From a virus, in the IMG/VR virus record IMGVR_UViG_3300045988_166338: DNA of 45,592 nt; one strand, given 5' to 3'. The first letter of the stretch is position 1, and each line of letters starts with the position of its first letter. Shown piece after piece: positions 35,997 through 45,473 of the stretch. A program made the position numbers and the translations under genes. The notes beneath the pieces were generated by a model. That model saw only the letters and a program-made list of their open reading frames with translations, was not told where the DNA came from and made no database searches.

Positions 35997-36533
35997 CTAA
36001 GCTCTGAAATACAGACGATATGCGTTGGTGTAACTGCCACCTTTAAACAGACGAATGGGCGAAGGAAGCTGAGAGCCGATCGAGATAATCTCAGTATGGG
36101 CAGGTTCCTGCGTGTCCGTCATGGCACAGAACAAGTTCGTATAGGCCTTGTCCCAGTTATCGTTCTCGGCGCCACAAGTGAACGTTACCGGCGTGAACAG
36201 CAATGCTGTAACGGTTTGGGATGATACCGTAGTTCGGATAACGTCCTGGATGGTACACGTTTGCCGGCTGTACCCCTGAGCCGCAGTCGGTTCTGTCCAA
36301 GCATGAATTTCATTAGTGTCATCTTTGGTGCTGACACCGGACAGGCACCCTACTTGCCACGTGGCCGGCGTAACCTTCTGGGCAATAACGCTCGTCAGGA
36401 TGTCGATGCCGGCGTACGTAAGGAAGTTTTTGGTCCGGCACACTTCGTTGCCGGCTTTATCGTACGTGATGTATTCACCGCCGTACGGCTTCAAGCCGCG
36501 CAGGGCTTCAGAGAGTTTCTTGTAATCAATCAT
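35997..36533 (-). CDS. Structural protein (178 aa)
   Basis: Late-operon ORF whose stop and start overlap its neighbours. Confidence 0.4.
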   Translation of the reverse strand: MIDYKKLSEALRGLKPYGGEYITYDKAGNEVCRTKNFLTYAGIDILTSVIAQKVTPATWQVGCLSGVSTKDDTNEIHAWTEPTAAQGYSRQTCTIQDVIRTTVSSQTVTALLFTPVTFTCGAENDNWDKAYTNLFCAMTDTQEPAHTEIISIGSQLPSPIRLFKGGSYTNAYRLYFRA

Positions 36534-37237
36534 GTGTATATCCCCTTAATTCCTGTCAGGTTCTTGAAGATTTGTTTGTGATTGTTGGCAACCGCCGTCC
36601 ACGTCGAGGAGTTGGCAACGTCATTGAAAGCATTAAATACTTCACGGACGGCGATTGCACGTACAGCTTCGTAGTAGTCCTCAAGCAGCCAGTTCGTAAC
36701 CTTGGCTCTGGCCTCATAGTCGGCTTCCTCACTGCCAAGAGTGTCAACGTATGAGTAGCGCTGGGTATCCGGGTCGAAGTAGCAGTACTTCCATGCAGAC
36801 TCTTGATCCTCACGAATAGCAGGCTGTTCGTCCTTAGCTGCGTAATACTTTAAACGAGGCTGTATCTGGTAATAGGCAACGTCAATATCGCCGCCCAGAG
36901 GCGCACCCGAGAAAGCAATATAGCTTCCTGCGATATAGTAATAGTTGCCTTTAAGTTCTTCCAACTTCCGGCTGACCTTTACAGGAACCGGAATAACTCC
37001 GTTTGAATATCTCACGTGGGAGATGGCTCTGAGGTTCTTCGGGGCATCCCGCCACATGAACGGCTGCGTAGATGCACCATCTGTCTTGATGCGAACCTCA
37101 ACAAGGTCCTGCTCGTACAGCCCCAAGCTTTCCAGCTCGCGGACTGCACCGTTTACCAGAGATGCAATCAATTGCTCCTCACCTTTGCGGCAGGTAACCT
37201 CGGCAATGTCATCAACTAATGTCGAAAAAGTTTGCAT
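36530..37237 (-). CDS. Structural protein (235 aa; tail tubular A-like or adaptor, by position)
   Basis: Late-operon ORF downstream of the capsid genes. Confidence 0.35.
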   Translation of the reverse strand: MQTFSTLVDDIAEVTCRKGEEQLIASLVNGAVRELESLGLYEQDLVEVRIKTDGASTQPFMWRDAPKNLRAISHVRYSNGVIPVPVKVSRKLEELKGNYYYIAGSYIAFSGAPLGGDIDVAYYQIQPRLKYYAAKDEQPAIREDQESAWKYCYFDPDTQRYSYVDTLGSEEADYEARAKVTNWLLEDYYEAVRAIAVREVFNAFNDVANSSTWTAVANNHKQIFKNLTGIKGIYT

Positions 37238-37250
37238 CTACGCCTCCATC

Positions 37251-37544
37251 TTAGTTACGTTTAACGGCCGCGGGCAGTTCCGCAACCTTGGCTTCGGCTT
37301 TGGCCGTTTCCTCGACCACCTGTTTCGCCAGGCTGGCCTGGGTCGGCGACTCCGTCGGGTCAACGCGACCGTTGCGCTTACCAGCCAGCTTGTACAAGCG
37401 GTCTTTCAGCAGGCGGTCGGCCAGCGATTTTGAAACACGCACAACGCCGTACGCATCAGCATCGTAGACGACACCGTCCAACACAACTTTGTTCGAACCA
37501 ATCGGGCATTGGACTGCAACCAGTCCTTCGAAAATGTTTTCCAT
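37251..37544 (-). CDS. Small structural protein (97 aa; head decoration or adaptor candidate)
   Basis: AAGGAG RBS. Immediately downstream of the major capsid gene. Confidence 0.35.
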   Translation of the reverse strand: MENIFEGLVAVQCPIGSNKVVLDGVVYDADAYGVVRVSKSLADRLLKDRLYKLAGKRNGRVDPTESPTQASLAKQVVEETAKAEAKVAELPAAVKRN

Positions 37545-37565
37545 TTGTTAACTCCTTTGTTAGGA

Positions 37566-37591
37566 GGGTGAGCAGCGGTAGCCGCCCACCC
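37566..37591 (-). other. Stem-loop just downstream of the capsid gene (GGGTGAGCAGCGG-tag-CCGCCCACCC)
   Basis: Imperfect GC-rich hairpin in the 55-nt gap after the capsid stop. It has no U-tract on the minus strand, so it is more likely an attenuator or an RNA-stability element. Confidence 0.35.
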
Positions 37592-37599
37592 TGTTGTTA

Positions 37600-38790
37600 T
37601 CACGGTTTCAACCCGCCCATCAAGCCGGTGATGATGCCGTGGCAGCGTTCCTGACGGACACGCAAACCGACCTGCGTAACCAGCGCGTTCATCGTGACGA
37701 ATTTAATCGGCGAGAACTTGCGGACGTTGGTCTTTTCGAAGTACACCGTGTTAATCAACGTCGGGTTGAACACGACGGCCGTACCTCTGTAAGCGGCCAG
37801 TTCATCGAACAGCTTGTAGCCGACGAAGTTAATCGTGCCCGAACCGGTTTCCAGACGCATAATCTTGATACCGTATTGGGCTTCGCCGTACGAGATGTTG
37901 TAATGAGCTTTGTCCGAAACCATGTCGTTCAAGCGGTGCAAGAACGCATGAGAGACGAACGCGATGTGGCCGTTGTTGCTGTGGCCTTTAACAGTACGTT
38001 CCTGAATGGTGGACAGGGCCGTGTTAATGGCCGACAGCGAAACTTCGCCGTCCGAGATGTTGATGCGGTTCGTTTTAATCTGAGCCATCAGACCGGCAGT
38101 CGTGTACAATTTCTTGTCCTGGCCGTCTTGGTCGCGGATGATGTTTTCGGAAGCTTTACCGAACATCAAGGCGCGTTCAACCTGCATCGCATGGTCATCC
38201 AACGAACGTTCGCGGATATACTGTTCCGGCTTGTAGCCATCCACAGTCTTTTCTTTCAGAGCATCTTCATCGATTTCCGTCGTGCTGACGATTTTCTGAA
38301 TGAAGTTTTTCTGGAAGGTCGTGTGGAAGAACTTGGGCGGCGGCAGGTAGGAAGCTTCCGGAGTAGCCTGAGCCAACAGGACGAATTCATCATTCGCCGT
38401 GACAGCTTTGGCTTCCGTGCCGGAGAACCCACGTACGACCGTCAGTTTGTTACCGTCTTGTTCCGTGACATACATATCTTCACCCGTTGAGGTGTTAGAG
38501 ATGACGAACATCTTCAAGTTGGTGTTTTGAGCGTTGGCGACCGTGATTTCAGTTTTAGTCACGTCCGCTTCTGCTCCGCATTTGAAAATGGGGAAGTCGA
38601 TGGTTTCATCTTTCCATTCAAAGATGCGGCTGCTCGTAGACTGCGACGGCAAGGCCGACGTCAGAGCGAACAGATTTCCGTTGTCCCCGGGGTACGACGT
38701 CAGAATTTCCCGCGCGGCATCGTTCACAAAGAAGTTGCCGGCAGACATACCCGTGGTGAACAATCCTTTAATACCGAATTGCTGAGCCAT
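37600..38790 (-). CDS. Major capsid protein
   Basis: 396-aa ORF directly after the scaffold gene. AAGGAG RBS. Size and position fit an HK97-fold MCP. Confidence 0.65.
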   Translation of the reverse strand: MAQQFGIKGLFTTGMSAGNFFVNDAAREILTSYPGDNGNLFALTSALPSQSTSSRIFEWKDETIDFPIFKCGAEADVTKTEITVANAQNTNLKMFVISNTSTGEDMYVTEQDGNKLTVVRGFSGTEAKAVTANDEFVLLAQATPEASYLPPPKFFHTTFQKNFIQKIVSTTEIDEDALKEKTVDGYKPEQYIRERSLDDHAMQVERALMFGKASENIIRDQDGQDKKLYTTAGLMAQIKTNRINISDGEVSLSAINTALSTIQERTVKGHSNNGHIAFVSHAFLHRLNDMVSDKAHYNISYGEAQYGIKIMRLETGSGTINFVGYKLFDELAAYRGTAVVFNPTLINTVYFEKTNVRKFSPIKFVTMNALVTQVGLRVRQERCHGIITGLMGGLKP

Positions 38791-38815
38791 TTTGTATCTC
38801 CTTGGTTAGTGGTTG

Positions 38816-39577
38816 TTAAGGCTGCATACCTCTCATTCCGTTCCACCAGTCGTCGTTGATTGACTTACCATCTGTCTGCGTTGTCTGGGGCTGAACCAGC
38901 GCGTCTGGGAAATTCTTCTTGAGATATTGTACAACAGCTTTGGCGGCTTCGTTGGGCTTTAACTTGGTCAAGGCCTGTCCGTATTTCTCGCGGACAATCC
39001 GGCGATACTTGGGACTCTGAGCATTGGGATACTGTTCCAGCTGTTTGGCCAGAGCAGCGTCCGCTTTAGCGGCCTTGGCGCGTTCCTTGGCTGAGGCGTT
39101 GAAGCTTTGCACCGCACCATCGGCGTAGTGTTTAGCTAGCACCATGTTGGAACGGATAGCCTGGATGTGCATTTCTGTCAGGATGTTTTCCAGAGCGGCA
39201 ATGAACGTTTCGGGCTTACCGTCGGCCAGGGCGCGCTGCAGGTCGCCGGACTTCATCGCGGTCTTGACCTGAGTTAAAGCATATTCGTGGATGCCTTCCT
39301 CGAACTTCTTCTGCTCTTCAGCATTGGGAGCGGTAGCAACCACATCGAATGAGTCGTCCTCGCTGTCATCGTCATCATTATCTGATAAATCGAGCGAATT
39401 GTCAATGTTAATTTGACCCTCATCAGACTTCTGTGCAGATTTTTCTTCATCTGTAAGTTCAGTCTGACCTTGTTCGTCTAGCCCCAAATTATCGGCCATG
39501 TTCGGGTCGTTGGGAACTGTCGTGGAAGTGTACTTGTCAGCTTCAGCTGCGAAATCAACTCCGGTTGTAATTGTCAT
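38816..39577 (-). CDS. Scaffolding protein
   Basis: Acidic, alpha-helical, Ala/Lys-rich 253-aa protein between the portal and capsid genes. 'DNDDDDSEDDSFD' acidic stretch. Confidence 0.6.
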   Translation of the reverse strand: MTITTGVDFAAEADKYTSTTVPNDPNMADNLGLDEQGQTELTDEEKSAQKSDEGQINIDNSLDLSDNDDDDSEDDSFDVVATAPNAEEQKKFEEGIHEYALTQVKTAMKSGDLQRALADGKPETFIAALENILTEMHIQAIRSNMVLAKHYADGAVQSFNASAKERAKAAKADAALAKQLEQYPNAQSPKYRRIVREKYGQALTKLKPNEAAKAVVQYLKKNFPDALVQPQTTQTDGKSINDDWWNGMRGMQP

Positions 39578-39612
39578 GATGTAACTCCTTGTTTAATTTG
39601 GAATGTTTGTTG

Positions 39613-41547
39613 TTATTGTTGAGGCATACCGCCGAGCTGTTCCATCAGGATAGCTTCGGGCGACATAGCCGGTCCCTGTTCAGGTGTAGGCAGTGCAGCC
39701 TGTGTTTGCTGCGCAGCCTGTTCTTCCGGTGTAGGTGCAACGGCCGGGGCCGCAGGGCTTGCCTTGAATTGGTTAAAGTCGATGTTGCTGCCACGCAGAC
39801 GCAGAACATAGTTAATCGCACCATAGACGTCAAAGTTCTGCAGCACTTGCGGCATCTGCAACATGTTGTAGATAGCCTGCTGCAAAGCCTCAGCGACGCC
39901 GAGCTTATCAATGCCAGCCATGCCGTCAGCGATGACGTAGCGCAGATTGAGGCCGATGAAATTCGAGATATCAGCATCGTAGCGCTTGCCGTCCTTATCG
40001 TCGACGACCTCCAGTGATGTAACGTGACGCAGCAAGTTATCAACCATAATCTGACGCAACGGCGCCATCATCTGTGTATCAATGCTTGCAGCGACCAGGA
40101 CGTTACGCTTGTTGCCTGCCTGAACCGTGGCTGCGGCCTGGTACTGCGTTGCACGTTCCAACGAGGCAATCTGCTTGAGCATGTCCGTCGGGAAGATGCG
40201 CTGCATCATCTCCAGAGCCAGGTTGATGTCCTGCGGAATGTTCGTCAGGTTGACAGGGTTAGACAGCGGAACAACGTCCTGTGACAAAGGCTTATCCGGC
40301 ATCTGGCGCGTAGCAGGAACCACACCGCCCAGAGCAGCAGCCTTGGACATCTTCTGAATATCAAACACATCAGAGCTGACGCCAATCACGCCGCCTGCAA
40401 TGTTCTTCAACAATGAACGTTGGTAAGCAGAGAAAACAAATGAAATGAAACGCTGGCAAGAGATAAGCTGCGAGGCCAGCGAGCCGATGGTGTTGTAGTT
40501 TGTTTCAGGGTCGAACTGGAACATGCACACCGGCAGATACGAGCTTTCGGTATCCTCCGCGCCAACTACCCAGTGAGCAGAACGCAGCAAGGTGAACTTC
40601 CACACGGACGGTTCCGTGCTATCGGACAGGCCGAACAGTTTGGGGTAGATGCGTACGTACAGCGTAATCACGCTATCACCGCGAATGGTGATATCCGCAG
40701 AGGAGGGCGGTGTATAGTAGTCAGAGCAATCGCCGGACGTGACGGGGAAGATGTACGGGTCGTAGTCCTCGCCCTCCGGCAAGGCCCACACACCAAGACG
40801 CAACTTATCGAAAATTGCACTGCGCGTCATCATCTTGACGTAGCCGGCATATTCGCCTTCGCGATACATCTTATCCGGAGTAACGCGCTGGTCAAGTATC
40901 AAGTTGAAGATGTTCGTCGGAACCAGCTTGTTACCGGCCCGCAACGTGGAGGAAACCTCGGTACCATTGGGTGTGTCTTGGATTTCCTGCACAGCGTCCT
41001 CCGTCCAATCAACGAACACGCCGCCCAGGTTGCTAACCAGACCGTGCCGGAAAGCAGCAGTTAGCGCCGCGGAATGTGAGAACGTCTGAGCGTCCAGTTT
41101 GAGGCGGTCAGCGATAGCATTAGCGTAGGATGCTTTAGTGGGGTCAGCGTTAGCGGACCAGATGCCATCCTCGACAGTAATAGTAGAGCCGAGATAGGCT
41201 ACAGCGGACTCGACGTGAGCCTTTGCTGTGGTAAGGTTTGTGGGAGGAGGGGCAGTGGGATAGCCCTCTTTGTACTCATCGTCCAACAGCTTGTCCGTGG
41301 CGGAGTATTTCACGCGTCCGTTATACTCCTGGATGAGCCCCTCCAACGTTTCACGTTTATCACCCGCCGGGATGACGCGCCCCAGGAGTATCATATCCTG
41401 CAGGAAGTTCTGCAGTTTACAGTACTGTTCCTGGGACAACTTCGTCAAGATGTTTTCTGACGAGCGAAGATTGAAGCCAAGGGCGGACGCCGTAGTATCC
41501 GGTGCCTTCTTAGCTTTCGGTATTTTCTTTTCAAATTTAACAACCAT
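39613..41547 (-). CDS. Portal protein
   Basis: 644-aa ORF after the terminase genes. Start set at ATG 41547 (AAAGGA RBS), downstream of the predicted promoter. The ORF-track start 41610 would lie inside that promoter. Confidence 0.6.
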   Translation of the reverse strand: MVVKFEKKIPKAKKAPDTTASALGFNLRSSENILTKLSQEQYCKLQNFLQDMILLGRVIPAGDKRETLEGLIQEYNGRVKYSATDKLLDDEYKEGYPTAPPPTNLTTAKAHVESAVAYLGSTITVEDGIWSANADPTKASYANAIADRLKLDAQTFSHSAALTAAFRHGLVSNLGGVFVDWTEDAVQEIQDTPNGTEVSSTLRAGNKLVPTNIFNLILDQRVTPDKMYREGEYAGYVKMMTRSAIFDKLRLGVWALPEGEDYDPYIFPVTSGDCSDYYTPPSSADITIRGDSVITLYVRIYPKLFGLSDSTEPSVWKFTLLRSAHWVVGAEDTESSYLPVCMFQFDPETNYNTIGSLASQLISCQRFISFVFSAYQRSLLKNIAGGVIGVSSDVFDIQKMSKAAALGGVVPATRQMPDKPLSQDVVPLSNPVNLTNIPQDINLALEMMQRIFPTDMLKQIASLERATQYQAAATVQAGNKRNVLVAASIDTQMMAPLRQIMVDNLLRHVTSLEVVDDKDGKRYDADISNFIGLNLRYVIADGMAGIDKLGVAEALQQAIYNMLQMPQVLQNFDVYGAINYVLRLRGSNIDFNQFKASPAAPAVAPTPEEQAAQQTQAALPTPEQGPAMSPEAILMEQLGGMPQQ

Positions 41548-41581
41548 GGTAGTATTCCTTTTGGTTTGTTGCCATGTATGT

Positions 41582-41610
41582 ATACTAGCATATCTTATGG
41601 CAGATGTCAA
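41582..41610 (-). promoter_or_regulatory. Late promoter (minus strand): TTGACA-17-TAGTAT with TGc
   Basis: Minus-strand 'gttcTTGACAtctgccataagatatgcTAGTAT', about 30 nt upstream of the portal start. Confidence 0.55.
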
Positions 41611-41947
41611 GAACTATTTTCTGGACTGCGCGGGTGGCGGAGTGTGCCTCACCAATGTGCCCAAATCACCAGCCGAGGTAGCCTCACTGTCCGTGCCACG
41701 GGTGGCTTCGCCACCCTTTTGCTTCCGAAACAAGGAGTAAGCCCGCCCGTCCCAGCCAACCATCCAACAGAGTGCCTCCCAACGGCCGGCTACCGCCGGC
41801 CTCTCCCACGGGTGCCTCCGGCACCCTCCTACCAGCCTCGCTTCGCTCGGCCATCCCAACGCTCCCTCGACTCGCTCCGCTCGTCTGCGTCCGCTTCCAG
41901 CCTCTGCACTAAATGGAACGTCGGAGTTGGAACCTTGGCCTCGACGT
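41611..41947 (-). other. GC-rich noncoding element B between the terminase large subunit and the portal promoter, paralogous to 29510..29790
   Basis: A roughly 340-bp gap with a C-rich plus strand. Shares several sequence blocks with element A. The overlapping 142-aa minus ORF is Arg/Gly-rich noise. Confidence 0.55.
41700..41720 (+). terminator. Plus-strand-oriented terminator-like hairpin inside element B (GGGTGGC-ttc-GCCACCC plus TTTT), antisense to late transcription
   Basis: 7-bp GC stem followed by T4 on the plus strand only. Confidence 0.35.
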
Positions 41948-43609
41948 CTAACCTTGGCCTTGACCTTTACGCGACGCGTCCCATGGCATCGAGATGTTCT
42001 GCCCGGCCAGGCTGTCGGCCCAGTCGCTGCGCTTGTATTCATAACGGAGGGCGTCCACGCCTGTGAAGCCCGTCCGGTTCAGCGAGCTTTCCTGTATCAT
42101 GGCCAGGCGCGGGTCGCCGACCGACTTACGCATCAGGTGCCGGTACGATTGGGCGGCCATGGTAATCATGGCGCAGCAGTCGATGCGGTCATCGTGGCAC
42201 GTCTTGCTACCTACAACGTAGGTGTTTAGCTGGTCAAGTATTGCCCAGTCCGTCCTGGCCAGCCGGTAGACGTGGTTACGCAGCATTGATATCCAGGCAT
42301 CAATGCGGCTCGCCTTGCTGGCCCGGCTGGCTATGGGCCGCACGATGATGTCGCCCGTCAGGCCACGTGTAGCAAGTTCGCGGTCCATGAGCGGTATCAA
42401 GGCCTTCTGGTAGGCTATGGCCTCGATGCAGACTAGACGTATGCGGTACTGCAGCGCCATAGATATGGCTGTGTGCAACAGCTTGATTGGGTCCATGCCC
42501 GTCCCGTGCCGGCACGCGACCAGGTTCCAGGCCCGGTTTGCCCAGCCATGCACGCACACGACGCTCTCGTCGGCCCGGCTGCTATCGCTGATGGCCGGGT
42601 CGATAGTGATGCAGCCGTACTCGATATCGTCCGGGTACAGGCCGGAATGGTACTCAATCTCGTCCGCGCCGATGATACCGCAGGCGTCCTCGTCCACGCG
42701 GGACATCTTCTGGGCCAGCCATTCCTTCTTCATGCCAATCTCGCAGTACTGCCTGAACTCTGCAAGCAGTTTATCGAGCGGGAAGCGTTGTTCCCACAGG
42801 GCCGTCCCGTCCGATTTGATGGCCGACAGGATGATACTGTGCCAGTTGGTTAGGCTGGGCAGCTCGGCAATGAGGCTCTGCTTGTTGTTCATGTTGCCGA
42901 TGTAGACGCAGCGTTTATTTTGCTCGTCCATCAAGAACAGCATGGTTTCAAAGAACCAGGCCTTGGTATCCTCGTACCGTATATCCTCGTTCTTGTCCTT
43001 GGCCTGCTCAATATCGTCGCAGATGATGAGGTTGGGACGCATATTGTGGACGTTCATACCTTGCAGGGCACTATCACGTCCGCGTGCAAGCAGTACTTTG
43101 TACTGGCCGTTCTGCATGAACTCATACTCACCGAGGCCATCACGTTCGATGATGGGCTCGACCTTGCCATAGACCTGCTGGAAGAACGTGCTGTTGATGA
43201 TAGACCAGATTTCACGCGTACTGTTGGTTGCATCCTTGATGTTTCGGTTGATAACCACGACGAATGGGCTCTGATTTGTCATCAGAGCCTTGGCCGCGGT
43301 CGCACGTGCAATCATTGTCTTGGAAAATCCACGCGGACATACGCATACGAGGTACTGGATGGCCGGGTTGGACATGGCCTCGAGCAGTTCGCCGTGGAAA
43401 TCCGGGATGTCCAGTGTCAAATCAGGGTAGCACTTGGCCAAAAAGAACTTGGGATGGGCCTCCAGCAGCTCCCGCGCCTCTTTCACTGTACCTTGCAGGA
43501 CGGTTTCGGGCGTGCTGGCCAGGTTTATGGTCGTATCGCCTAACGTTTCCGCCTGCTCAGTGCTTCCAGATGAACGTAGAGGCGGGCATTTCTCGTCAAT
43601 TTCACTCAT
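41948..43609 (-). CDS. Terminase large subunit
   Basis: P-loop 'VCVCPRGFSKT' and Walker B 'LIICDD'. C-terminal nuclease-like acidic residues. GGAGG RBS. Start overlaps TerS. Confidence 0.8.
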   Translation of the reverse strand: MSEIDEKCPPLRSSGSTEQAETLGDTTINLASTPETVLQGTVKEARELLEAHPKFFLAKCYPDLTLDIPDFHGELLEAMSNPAIQYLVCVCPRGFSKTMIARATAAKALMTNQSPFVVVINRNIKDATNSTREIWSIINSTFFQQVYGKVEPIIERDGLGEYEFMQNGQYKVLLARGRDSALQGMNVHNMRPNLIICDDIEQAKDKNEDIRYEDTKAWFFETMLFLMDEQNKRCVYIGNMNNKQSLIAELPSLTNWHSIILSAIKSDGTALWEQRFPLDKLLAEFRQYCEIGMKKEWLAQKMSRVDEDACGIIGADEIEYHSGLYPDDIEYGCITIDPAISDSSRADESVVCVHGWANRAWNLVACRHGTGMDPIKLLHTAISMALQYRIRLVCIEAIAYQKALIPLMDRELATRGLTGDIIVRPIASRASKASRIDAWISMLRNHVYRLARTDWAILDQLNTYVVGSKTCHDDRIDCCAMITMAAQSYRHLMRKSVGDPRLAMIQESSLNRTGFTGVDALRYEYKRSDWADSLAGQNISMPWDASRKGQGQG

Positions 43610-44267
43610 TATCGTCCTCCTCGCTGTTCACAAACAGAATATCTTCGATATCCTCGACGCGCAACGACATAACTTCCTTCACCGGCTTGGTGGGCAGGGC
43701 CGGTCCCGAGGCCTGGTCTATGCCCATGGCCCGGTTGTACAGCGTATCGGTGTCCAGGCCGTTGACTACGGACTTGCTGCTGTCCGAAAACACGACTGTG
43801 CCGCCGTCCTGGCCGTTGTGCAGGGCGTTTTGCAGTAACGTATTCATGTTAATCACGATTTGGGTGTTGGCGTTGAAGCTGGCCTGCTTCTCCTGCTCTA
43901 GCTTGCGCTCCTCGAGCCGCACCTTGGTCGCGTACTTGAGCGCGTCCAGGACGAAGGACGGGTCCGCGTACCCTTGCTGGACGTTGTAGATGGTCTGTTT
44001 GAGGGCCTCTTCCTCCAGCGTGGCTATGCCCGTGGCTGTTTTTATGGGTCTAACCTCGGTGGCTGCTTCCTCAATCTCGTACTTGGCAGTGTATTCGGGA
44101 CAGGTTTGCAGGATAGCCAGTTCGGACGGGCTAATTCCGCAGACCGTGCAGACGGACTTGTCACTTATACCGTTGGCTTTGAGGCGTGCTATCTTGTCTA
44201 TTATCTTGCCCAGCCGCGCGACCAGCTCGGCCTGCGGGCTCGCTTCTTGAATTTCAGTATTTGTCAT
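43602..44267 (-). CDS. Terminase small subunit (putative)
   Basis: First late gene, overlapping the TerL start. N-terminal HTH-like 'GISDKSVCTVCGISPSELAILQ'. AGGAG RBS. Confidence 0.5.
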   Translation of the reverse strand: MTNTEIQEASPQAELVARLGKIIDKIARLKANGISDKSVCTVCGISPSELAILQTCPEYTAKYEIEEAATEVRPIKTATGIATLEEEALKQTIYNVQQGYADPSFVLDALKYATKVRLEERKLEQEKQASFNANTQIVINMNTLLQNALHNGQDGGTVVFSDSSKSVVNGLDTDTLYNRAMGIDQASGPALPTKPVKEVMSLRVEDIEDILFVNSEEDDNE

Positions 44268-44312
44268 GATTTTAACTCCTTTGCCAGGACCGGCTATGCT
44301 TTCCTTGCTAAC

Positions 44313-44341
44313 AGCATAACATAAACTATCTGCTTTGTCAA
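44313..44341 (-). promoter_or_regulatory. Late operon promoter (minus strand): TTGACA-17-TATGCT with TGt
   Basis: Minus-strand 'gttcTTGACAaagcagatagtttatgtTATGCT', about 45 nt upstream of TerS. Confidence 0.55.
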
Positions 44342-44475
44342 GAACTTTTTGTGTGAAAATTCAGGACATCGAGGTCAGGTATGGTGCAAGGGAGGGTTTG
44401 AGGTTGAATATGAGTTGAAAATTTTTGTGGAAAAATACGAGAGGCATCATATGTAAGGGCGCGGCGTGGAAGTTG

Positions 44476-44500
44476 AACGGGGGGACTATGCCCCCCCGTT
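44476..44500. other. G7/C7 stem-loop (AACGGGGGG-actatg-CCCCCCCGTT) between gene 44511..45038 and the late promoter
   Basis: Strong hairpin with no clear U-tract on either strand. Possibly an insulator or attenuator. Confidence 0.4.
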
Positions 44501-44510
44501 GTAGTGAAGC

Positions 44511-45038
44511 TTATTTGCCCAGGGCTATTTGCTGCAAAGCGTTTGTGATAGCTGTTAAGCTATAGCCATTTTCTTTAGCCCTTTCGATGCCAGTCGCTAA
44601 GTCCAGCTTGATAAGCTTAATTAGTTTATCGTCGTCGCTTTCAGGCGGGCAATAAATGCCTTCTTTAATCAAGTCCGCTAAAAGGTTGGCCCAAAAAGCA
44701 AAACGTGTTTTAAACGCGTTAAACTTTTCTTTACCGTCTTTTACAACTATCGGTCTACCTTTTAGGTCATCTTTAAACCCTAATAACAGCATGCCAAAAT
44801 CGGCAATCATCGCCGAAACGTCCTTTTGCGGTCTTATCGCGTAGCGAAAGCCCATTTCAGCAAAGGCGGCGTAATACGCCACTTTAGCAGTGTTATTGTC
44901 AACCTTGCTTAAAGCGTCATCAGCGTTCAATTCTATGTTTTTAACACCTTCAAAGTCCGCCGTGTCAACCATAACCTTTGCTTTGTTAGCTGCTTTCTCT
45001 GCTTGCTTAGCAGTGATGATATCTTGAATAGTAGCCAT
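44511..45038 (-). CDS. Hypothetical protein in an isolated AT-richer minus-strand unit (moron or accessory candidate)
   Basis: AAGGAG RBS before ATG 45038. Sits between the genome-end noncoding region and the late promoter, and visibly AT-richer than the flanks. Confidence 0.5.
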   Translation of the reverse strand: MATIQDIITAKQAEKAANKAKVMVDTADFEGVKNIELNADDALSKVDNNTAKVAYYAAFAEMGFRYAIRPQKDVSAMIADFGMLLLGFKDDLKGRPIVVKDGKEKFNAFKTRFAFWANLLADLIKEGIYCPPESDDDKLIKLIKLDLATGIERAKENGYSLTAITNALQQIALGK

Positions 45039-45338
45039 TGTTTTATTCTCCTTAATAAGTTGTAAAGCCAATTGTTTGATTGTAGTGTGCTATTTGTATA
45101 GCGTTTATCATATTCACTTTATTTAATAGCACATCGCCAAGCCCCGCTTGACAATTATCAATATAGGCTATGCTAACCCACTTTTCAAGAAACTTTTTGT
45201 GATAATTGAAAATTATTTAAAACGTTTCGTTATTAGCTATCCCTTGCTACCCTTGCCGACTACCTACACCTTTTAATTGCACGCTAAACCAAACTACAAC
45301 CTTAGGTTTCCGTTCCCCGTCCAAATCCTTAGTCCGCT

Positions 45339-45420
45339 TATGAGCACGCGGTATGTCAAGCCAAGTTCTGATATGTCAAGCCAAGTTCATGTGCTAACTA
45401 TGAGCGCGCAGTATGGCAAG
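45339..45420. repeat. Terminal-region iterons: 22-bp TATGAGCrCGCrGTATGkCAAG x2 and 20-bp tandem (A)TATGTCAAGCCAAGTTC x2
   Basis: Read from the sequence. Each unit carries CTTGACA on the minus strand. Sits about 55 bp before the right DTR copy. Confidence 0.6.
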
Positions 45421-45473
45421 AAGATTGCTAAGATACCGATGATATGATATGCTATACTATGCTATGCTTGATG

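Noticed and set aside
37594-38490. 298-aa plus-strand ORF
   Set aside because: Fully antisense to the major capsid gene. Arg/Val/Asp-rich noise translation, typical of open antisense frames in GC-balanced coding DNA.
41614-42042. 142-aa minus-strand ORF and 166-aa plus-strand ORF across element B
   Set aside because: Arg/Gly/Pro-rich low-complexity translations with no RBS. They overlap the portal promoter and are driven by the GC-rich composition of the noncoding element.
45148-45174. Plus-strand TTGACA-15-TATGCT near the right end, reading into the DTR
   Set aside because: The 15-bp spacer is suboptimal and there is no downstream gene before the genome end. It is kept only as a remote possibility for transcription across concatemer junctions.
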